Source: Patescibacteria group bacterium (lineage in GTDB: Bacteria; Patescibacteriota; Dojkabacteria; GCA-002793355). Taken from it: 64,000 nucleotides of DNA. Position 1 is the first letter of the stretch. Every line of letters starts with the position of its first letter. The notes beneath the pieces were generated by a model. The model did not search any database, was not told where the DNA came from, and saw only the letters and a list, made by a program, of their open reading frames with translations. Where the stretch lies: the NCBI GenBank assembly GCA_016860985.1, contig BOKM01000001.1, positions 317,716 through 381,715 of the forward strand. The letters run 5' to 3'. Both the position numbers and the translations under genes were made by a program. Below are positions 58,321 through 64,000 of the stretch, piece by piece.

Positions 58321-59268
58321 TTAATTTGCTTTAGGCGCGTCTGTGCCCAAATAATTATCAATAACCTTCTCCATATCTGCATAAGGCCAAGCACCAACAT
58401 AGGCCTTCCCAACACAAGTAGTTGGATTATCTGCAGCGAGTTTACACACCGCGAATGCCGGAGTCCCAAAATTTTGAGCTCCGAACTTATCACCCCACGG
58501 TGTTTTGATTTCTTTGTTAATTTGCTCCTGAACACGATCTATTGCTACAAAATCACGTTTTTGCAAGCAAGTAGTAAAATCAGAAGTGTTAAGCCCTAAG
58601 TCTTTTGCAATATTTATTAATGATGATTCTTCAGAACCTTTATTATCTATTCCGAGTCCATTACCGCTTGTTAATTCAAAAATCTTTTTGTGGTAATCAA
58701 ATCCTCTGCCTTGTTCTGCTGCACAATAAAACGCAAGCGTTTCGTTTGTTGCTGCCGGTTTATGGCTTGCAACAGCGATGTATGGGGCATATGCAAACTG
58801 CATGATGCCAGAATCAATATACTTTTTCTTAATCTGATCAAAGCTTGATGGCTTTCCATCTCCGTAACCGCTTGTAAAAAGTTTACAGTAAGGGCATTCA
58901 AAATCGCTAAACTCTACAAACATATACTTGGCACCCTCTTTCTTTTCTATAGTAAGGTATGAGGTCGAAACGGTTACATCAACCAAACCTTGCTCTAACG
59001 TATCTGGAGGTGTTTTAGGCGTGTTGTCTGAACTTTTCTTACCGAAAAAGGTGAATAAACCATACCCAACAATACCTACTGCGAGTACAAGAAGTACAAG
59101 CATGGGAAGACTAAGCTCAAGTTCTACTGCATCCATTGACTTTTGGGGAGGTGTCACATCTGTCGGACGCAATTTACTTTGTTCCCGAAATTTCGAGGTT
59201 TCTGGTAATGCGTTGGTGTGAATAGACATGGCTGAGGGGATTATACACTGCGATTGTGACGAAGTCAA
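58321..59268 (-). CDS. DsbA-like thioredoxin-fold thiol:disulfide oxidoreductase, membrane anchored
   Basis: TM LVLLVLAVGIVGYGLFTFF, then CPYC active site (EFSDFECPYCKLF). Confidence 0.7.
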   Translation of the reverse strand: MTSSQSQCIIPSAMSIHTNALPETSKFREQSKLRPTDVTPPQKSMDAVELELSLPMLVLLVLAVGIVGYGLFTFFGKKSSDNTPKTPPDTLEQGLVDVTVSTSYLTIEKKEGAKYMFVEFSDFECPYCKLFTSGYGDGKPSSFDQIKKKYIDSGIMQFAYAPYIAVASHKPAATNETLAFYCAAEQGRGFDYHKKIFELTSGNGLGIDNKGSEESSLINIAKDLGLNTSDFTTCLQKRDFVAIDRVQEQINKEIKTPWGDKFGAQNFGTPAFAVCKLAADNPTTCVGKAYVGAWPYADMEKVIDNYLGTDAPKAN

Positions 59269-59284
59269 CAGGCCAAAACAACTA

Positions 59285-59749
59285 CTAGTCCATTCCTAAC
59301 AATTCGCGGACACCACTTGAAACATTAGAGAGTACATTACCGCCATTTCTGTATAATTCAGAAACAATCGCCACACTCAACAAGTCATTATCTTTTGGTG
59401 ATTGATAACCAACCTTTCTTTTTAGATTAGTCATCAATTGTTCTTCGTCTACACCATCACCAAATATACTGTTACGTCGAAGAGGTTCAGCACATACACT
59501 ATCCGCAGCTACACTATCCTGAACTGCGATTTTTAGCATATTCAATTTCCCAACATGCTTTAGTGCCTCTTGTACTTCCAAGGTTTGCAAACCAAATATC
59601 GCCCCCGAATCACGCTCTTTGAGTTTGGCAATTCGCTCAAGTTCAACTCCAAGAGCTCCTAAAGAAGCCACACCTTCTCTAAATTTTACTTCTCCAAGCG
59701 CTCTAAACGAGCTTTCCTCTGTGGGTTCACTTAAATGTGGTGTTGTCAT
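59285..59749 (-). CDS. hypothetical protein
   Basis: 154 aa, helical; no motif. Confidence 0.35.
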   Translation of the reverse strand: MTTPHLSEPTEESSFRALGEVKFREGVASLGALGVELERIAKLKERDSGAIFGLQTLEVQEALKHVGKLNMLKIAVQDSVAADSVCAEPLRRNSIFGDGVDEEQLMTNLKRKVGYQSPKDNDLLSVAIVSELYRNGGNVLSNVSSGVRELLGMD

Positions 59750-59773
59750 ATCGAATTATACAATACCGAACCA

Positions 59774-60478
59774 TTACACTTCTACCTGTATACCTATAAC
59801 CGACGCCTCAACTGCCTGCTTAAAGGCTTCTCCCATAGTTGCATCACCAACAACTGAACCGTAATGCATAGGCACGACTACAAGTGGTGAAAGCGTCTGC
59901 GTTACACCAACGGCCTCCTCAAGGTTCATTACATATACGCCAGAAACAGGAACAAAGAGGACCTCTACCATTCCTGTAAGTGCCTCCATTTCTGGAATTG
60001 GATCAGAATCGCCAACAAAGTAAACTCCTACCCCACCAATATCAACCACATATCCTACAAATTCCTTTTCTTTTGGATGATATAAATTGCCCTGAGGCGA
60101 TTTTTTATCGATATTGTACGCTGGTACAGCCATTGCCGTAACTTGAGTGTTTTTTGTTGTTATTTTGTATTCTTCAAGTGGCACAACAGGAATCAATCTC
60201 TCTTGGTTTACATCTAAAAATGTTTGCACTTTGTCTAATATCGAGGCCGGAAAAACAAATACTGTCTCCCGTGAAGCAATCGATTGCAAATCTTTTGGTG
60301 AAAAATGATCGAAATGGTCATGGGTAATAAACACAATATCTGCCTTAATTTGAGATCGAAACGCGCCTTGCGCCTGAAACGGGTCAAAGACAACAGTAAC
60401 CGAGGGACTTTCAGCAGAAACCACTACTGTATCATGCTCATGCTTGGTAATTGAAAGATTTTTATAGGTAAAGTTCAT
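59774..60478 (-). CDS. MBL-fold metal-dependent hydrolase
   Basis: DIVFITHDHFDHF (HxHxDH) plus a downstream His. Confidence 0.65.
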   Translation of the reverse strand: MNFTYKNLSITKHEHDTVVVSAESPSVTVVFDPFQAQGAFRSQIKADIVFITHDHFDHFSPKDLQSIASRETVFVFPASILDKVQTFLDVNQERLIPVVPLEEYKITTKNTQVTAMAVPAYNIDKKSPQGNLYHPKEKEFVGYVVDIGGVGVYFVGDSDPIPEMEALTGMVEVLFVPVSGVYVMNLEEAVGVTQTLSPLVVVPMHYGSVVGDATMGEAFKQAVEASVIGIQVEV

Positions 60479-61119
60479 TCCTTTTCAGTTGTTTCCACTT
60501 TAGCCGGTCGTACACCGCGTGGGGCTTCTAGCTCACCAAAAAATACAGTTGGCTCAATATATGTACCTTCTAAAAGTTTATCCATACTTGTTTGTGGAGA
60601 ACGCAAATATCGGTACTCAATTTTTTCTGACAAAAGCATAGCAATTCGGTATGCTTCTTGATAACTTTCAACCAAGAAAATAAGCCGTGAAGGAAAGTTT
60701 AACCTTGAGTCAATATACAGCATGATTGTACCGTCTTTTTCGGCCATCCAATAGGTTTTCAAATCATCCCAACTGTACAAAACATCAAGTGTTCTAATGC
60801 CGATTTTCTCAATATTATGAACCACTCTCTGTGGCGGGATACTAATAAACACAAAAAGAATAAAGAAGACTGCAGCAGCAACAAGCGTGAGAACCGGCTG
60901 GCCTATCCAAAAGAAATATAAACCGAAGATAACGACCGCACTTGTAAACACGGCCTTTTGCGTTCCGTTGAAAATATAGGTTGGTCGGTCGTTTGCTTCC
61001 CAAGAAAAAAGTACCTTGTTGTAGTCGTATTTAGTAGCAGTTTTACTTCTCTCTTGCTCCACTACTTGCCTCAAGGTATTTTTTGTATCTGTTTCTTGCT
61101 TTGTACTTGCCATACTCAA
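60475..61119 (-). CDS. membrane protein with bacterial PH-like C-terminal domain (hypothetical)
   Basis: Two TM helices (FTSAVVIFGLYFFWIG, LTLVAAAVFFILFVFISI), then a soluble domain. Confidence 0.4.
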   Translation of the reverse strand: MSMASTKQETDTKNTLRQVVEQERSKTATKYDYNKVLFSWEANDRPTYIFNGTQKAVFTSAVVIFGLYFFWIGQPVLTLVAAAVFFILFVFISIPPQRVVHNIEKIGIRTLDVLYSWDDLKTYWMAEKDGTIMLYIDSRLNFPSRLIFLVESYQEAYRIAMLLSEKIEYRYLRSPQTSMDKLLEGTYIEPTVFFGELEAPRGVRPAKVETTEKE

Positions 61120-61492
61120 CTATACCCCAAATCAGGCAGTAACTCAATAAAGTTACCCAATAGCTTACAAGTGTAAATACATGCAAGACGAGCAAAAGTA
61201 TTGCCGCAACAGTTACTGTAAAAAAAGTAGTCCATACCCACGTTCCACTTTCTTCGCGCGATTCCTTTTTAACCCAAGAGACAATTGAACGAAAAAGTGA
61301 AGCAACAATAGCAAAAATAGCAGCTACGAGTAAGCTGACCAAGGAAATAACAATAAATATATTACCAATTTGGGGGACGCTATTTTGTGAATATGGAAGA
61401 AAATTGCCTGTTGCGAGCAGTGACCAGAAAAAATAACCGACTATCCCACCAACCGCACCAATAGAAGCAGTTGCCTGCTGCTGTGTAATCAT
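61043..61492 (-). CDS. small polytopic membrane protein
   Basis: Three or four hydrophobic helices. 3' end overlaps the next gene by 77 nt. Confidence 0.35.
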   Translation of the reverse strand: MITQQQATASIGAVGGIVGYFFWSLLATGNFLPYSQNSVPQIGNIFIVISLVSLLVAAIFAIVASLFRSIVSWVKKESREESGTWVWTTFFTVTVAAILLLVLHVFTLVSYWVTLLSYCLIWGIVEYGKYKARNRYKKYLEASSGAREK

Positions 61493-61968
61493 TAACGATT
61501 AAACAAGCTTATAAACTCTAGCCATGCAGCCTTCATGCCACCATGGCGCCTAATTTCGACGAGCGAAATGATCATAAGGAAAATGGTCAAAAAGGTTGAC
61601 ACGGTACACCATGAACAAAAAGCCTTAATAGGTACTATCTCTAGATATAAGAAATAAAGACTCGCAAGAATTCCAATCCCCGACATTTTCCATGTCGCAA
61701 TTCGCAAAATTGGGCGGTCATCAATCAACCGAAAAACAGTAATAAGCGCGTTCACACCATAAAAAGCGAGCCCATAGGCAGCAATTGGTACTGCAAAAAT
61801 CTTTGAGTATGGACTATGTAACACAATTTCACAGCCGCCGCCCGTAAGGCAACCAATAACTTTTTGGGTAATTGCGGTATGCCACATAAAAATTGACAGT
61901 GCCATTCCGGCAATATTAACGAATAGCATCCATTGCGTAAGTGTAGGCGTAACAAGCTTTATCTTCAT
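61492..61968 (-). CDS. vitamin K epoxide reductase (VKOR)-family membrane oxidoreductase
   Basis: Loop Cys pair CLTGGGC and TM-embedded CxxC (AFCSWCTVS), in a 4-5 TM scaffold of 158 aa. Adjacent to DsbA-like genes. Confidence 0.6.
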   Translation of the reverse strand: MKIKLVTPTLTQWMLFVNIAGMALSIFMWHTAITQKVIGCLTGGGCEIVLHSPYSKIFAVPIAAYGLAFYGVNALITVFRLIDDRPILRIATWKMSGIGILASLYFLYLEIVPIKAFCSWCTVSTFLTIFLMIISLVEIRRHGGMKAAWLEFISLFNR

Positions 61969-62007
61969 ACTCTATTATAATTGCTTAGTTAAAAATAGCA
62001 ACGAACG

Positions 62008-62904
62008 CTATTTGCCTAATTGCTCTTCAATAATGTTCTTGAACGCAACAATTGGGTACGCTCCTTCTACCAATCTGCCCTGCAAAACTCCGTCTTTTAC
62101 CACACCAATCACAAAGGTTGGTGTACCAAGCCCTTGGGTTACACCTTTTTGTACAATATCTTGCTCGAATGTAGAAAGTTCTGCGCTGTCATCTTTAACG
62201 CGATTTGCAGCCTCGGTAGTCTTTATACAATTCTTAATTTTGTTTGAATCGACTCCCAATTCACCAAATAGTGCATAAAATTGTTTGTCTTTGATGTTTA
62301 CCACAGGTTGATTATTATCGTCGTAAGCATTTTGCGTAATCGTGCTGCTTTTGGCAAAGAAAAGATTGTTAAAGCTATACATTTTTTCTGCACTGTAGAG
62401 TGTTTCTACACAATAGGCCGCTTGTGCAGAAATAGTTGCTGCAGGGTTGTGGAAGGCAAGAGGATAGTGTTTGTATACGAATTGAACCTTCCCAGTCTCG
62501 ATATAATCTTTATTGATAGTTGCAAAACTTTCATCATGGAACTTCTTACAGTAAGGGCAGACCAAATCGCTAAATTCCAAGACAACGACCTTTGCACTTT
62601 TATCGCCAAGTGTTGGGCCACCCTTAAATGGAATACTCACTTCTGCAAATTCATTAGCAGCAAACGTTTGAACGGTTGGAGTTGGTGTTGCACCGGCGCC
62701 TGTAGGGGTTACTGGTCGAGCCTTTAATCCGAAATAGAGTGCTGATCCTATTCCTGCAGTAAAAATGATTACACTCAACAAAATTGCCCATGGAAGAGAC
62801 AATCCTTTAAGATTTAACGTTACATATTCTGAAGAATCATTTTTTTCTACTGACTTTACTTCTCTTTTCTCATCTACTACTTTGGTCATGCCACGAGATA
62901 TCAA
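62008..62904 (-). CDS. DsbA-like thioredoxin-fold thiol:disulfide oxidoreductase, membrane anchored
   Basis: TM AILLSVIIFTAGIGSALYFGL and CPYC active site (EFSDLVCPYCKKFH). Confidence 0.7.
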   Translation of the reverse strand: MISRGMTKVVDEKREVKSVEKNDSSEYVTLNLKGLSLPWAILLSVIIFTAGIGSALYFGLKARPVTPTGAGATPTPTVQTFAANEFAEVSIPFKGGPTLGDKSAKVVVLEFSDLVCPYCKKFHDESFATINKDYIETGKVQFVYKHYPLAFHNPAATISAQAAYCVETLYSAEKMYSFNNLFFAKSSTITQNAYDDNNQPVVNIKDKQFYALFGELGVDSNKIKNCIKTTEAANRVKDDSAELSTFEQDIVQKGVTQGLGTPTFVIGVVKDGVLQGRLVEGAYPIVAFKNIIEEQLGK

Positions 62905-62969
62905 CTTATGAAGGCTACTGTATCAGATACCCTATATCACTGTCAAAGAAAAGCAGGTATAATCACCGC

Positions 62970-63704
62970 ATGCAACGTAATTATTCGTTATTTCTTGGAG
63001 GTATCGCGCTGCTGATTGTTGTTGCGATTCTTTCCCTAAACCGAGGAACAACTGGTGCGCTCAAACTTTCATCAAGCGAGGGAATTCCAACCTCTGGGAT
63101 CCTTGGAGCCACTGCGATTCCAACAAACGACATTCAAAACACACCTATTCCAACGACTTTTCCGACAGTATCAATTACGGTAACCATAACACCAACCCCA
63201 ACAAAAACTGTCGAACCCTCACCTTCGCTCAGAACACCAAGCCCGACTCAAACTCCAATGGTACCCACTTGCAGTGCTTATACCTCAAAACTCAAAATTC
63301 GAGCAACCGAATTTATGAATACACACAAGGCAAAAGACGCTTACGATGTGCTTGCCCTTATCTCTGATCCATACGACTCCGAAGAGCAAGAAGAATTAGA
63401 TTTTTGGCTCGGCACCGGTGATGAAAATGCAGGAGGGCTCTACCAAACCGCAAGCACTAGCTATACGACCACAAAATTCACCATCGGAACGTTATCTGAC
63501 AGAGGTGATGATCCACGAGAACGCGGAAACAAATCGTGCCAAATGACGATCTCCGAAGAACGAAAACAAATAGAGCCTGACCAAACAGCGACCACGGACA
63601 GCTACGCACGATATATTGATTTTTCACTCTCCCCAGACGGAACATTTACTTTGACTGGATTTAAATCTTCAAAAGACGGTAGTAAATATTCAGGATTTAA
63701 CTAA
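62970..63704 (+). CDS. secreted hypothetical protein with Thr/Pro-rich linker
   Basis: N-terminal TM/signal, PT-rich stretch, TATAAT box just upstream (aggtataatcaccgc ATG). Confidence 0.4.
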   Translation: MQRNYSLFLGGIALLIVVAILSLNRGTTGALKLSSSEGIPTSGILGATAIPTNDIQNTPIPTTFPTVSITVTITPTPTKTVEPSPSLRTPSPTQTPMVPTCSAYTSKLKIRATEFMNTHKAKDAYDVLALISDPYDSEEQEELDFWLGTGDENAGGLYQTASTSYTTTKFTIGTLSDRGDDPRERGNKSCQMTISEERKQIEPDQTATTDSYARYIDFSLSPDGTFTLTGFKSSKDGSKYSGFN

Positions 63705-63999
63705 ACCGTTTTAAGAAAACGTTCGCCGCAAAGTAGAACGTCACCTTTATCACAGCAATAGCCACGACCAATACCTTTAAGACCGTCAAAAGGGGAATAT
63801 TGGTAGCAATAACCAATAAAACCATTCCGCCGAGTAGCATCCGGGCGAGCGTATACACGAATTCCTGATACACATTAAGTTCAACACTCATTTCGCTTTT
63901 TGCGTCAATTTTATTGGTCATGTTTACTGCTAAGTCATATTCGACTGGTGTAACAACTGCTGCAGCAATAGTTAAAAGGACGGAATTCACGTACAACAT
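63697..63999 (-). CDS. membrane protein, partial (runs toward the window edge)
   Basis: 100-aa hydrophobic ORF at the window end. Confidence 0.3.
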   Translation of the reverse strand: MLYVNSVLLTIAAAVVTPVEYDLAVNMTNKIDAKSEMSVELNVYQEFVYTLARMLLGGMVLLVIATNIPLLTVLKVLVVAIAVIKVTFYFAANVFLKRFS

Positions 64000-64000
64000 A

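Noticed and set aside
1-64000. Alternative genetic code (UGA recoding as in Gracilibacteria/Absconditabacteria)
   Set aside because: Large conserved genes (rpoB, rpoC, dnaK, lepA, alaS) are uninterrupted under the standard code, and some genes terminate with TGA (e.g. the sortase).
1-64000. CRISPR arrays, rRNA genes, transposases
   Set aside because: No regularly spaced direct repeats, no rRNA-like conserved stretches, and no DDE or tyrosine/serine recombinase motifs were seen in any reading frame.

Overview
The window is a gene-dense, roughly 90% coding chromosomal segment of moderate AT bias, using the standard genetic code. Evidence for the standard code is that rpoB, rpoC, dnaK and lepA are all intact and several genes end in TGA. 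The gene content suggests a streamlined, probably ultra-small monoderm bacterium of the CPR/Patescibacteria (Saccharibacteria-like) type. That call rests on a 518-aa IF-2 lacking the N-terminal region, a 603-aa AlaRS lacking the C-Ala domain, sortase, LCP, MltG, a VirB4-type ATPase, many secreted or membrane hypotheticals and little biosynthesis; it is an inference only. Recognisable core genes are a probable nusA-infB operon with dnaJ upstream, alaS-ruvX-mltG-LCP, lepA, a TrmH-like methyltransferase, dnaK-grpE, sodA, ahcY, rplY-rpsG-rpsL-rpoC-rpoB, and three tRNAs (Ser-TGA, Arg-TCG, Ala-CGC). Accessory content includes a sortase / orphan solute-binding protein / 1123-aa surface-protein operon, and a minimal type-IV-secretion-like module next to tRNA-Ser (VirB3-like membrane protein, a VirB4 ATPase apparently split over two genes, and an FN3-like secreted protein). 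There is also an ECF sigma factor with a 4-TM partner and a GQ-repeat secreted protein, a run of small hydrolases, a three-gene unknown cluster sitting where hrcA would be upstream of grpE-dnaK (including an adenylate-kinase-like fusion), and a DsbA-VKOR-DsbA disulfide-formation cluster. No rRNA, CRISPR array, integrase or transposase was seen. Product calls for hypotheticals are from motif reading only; no database search was possible.
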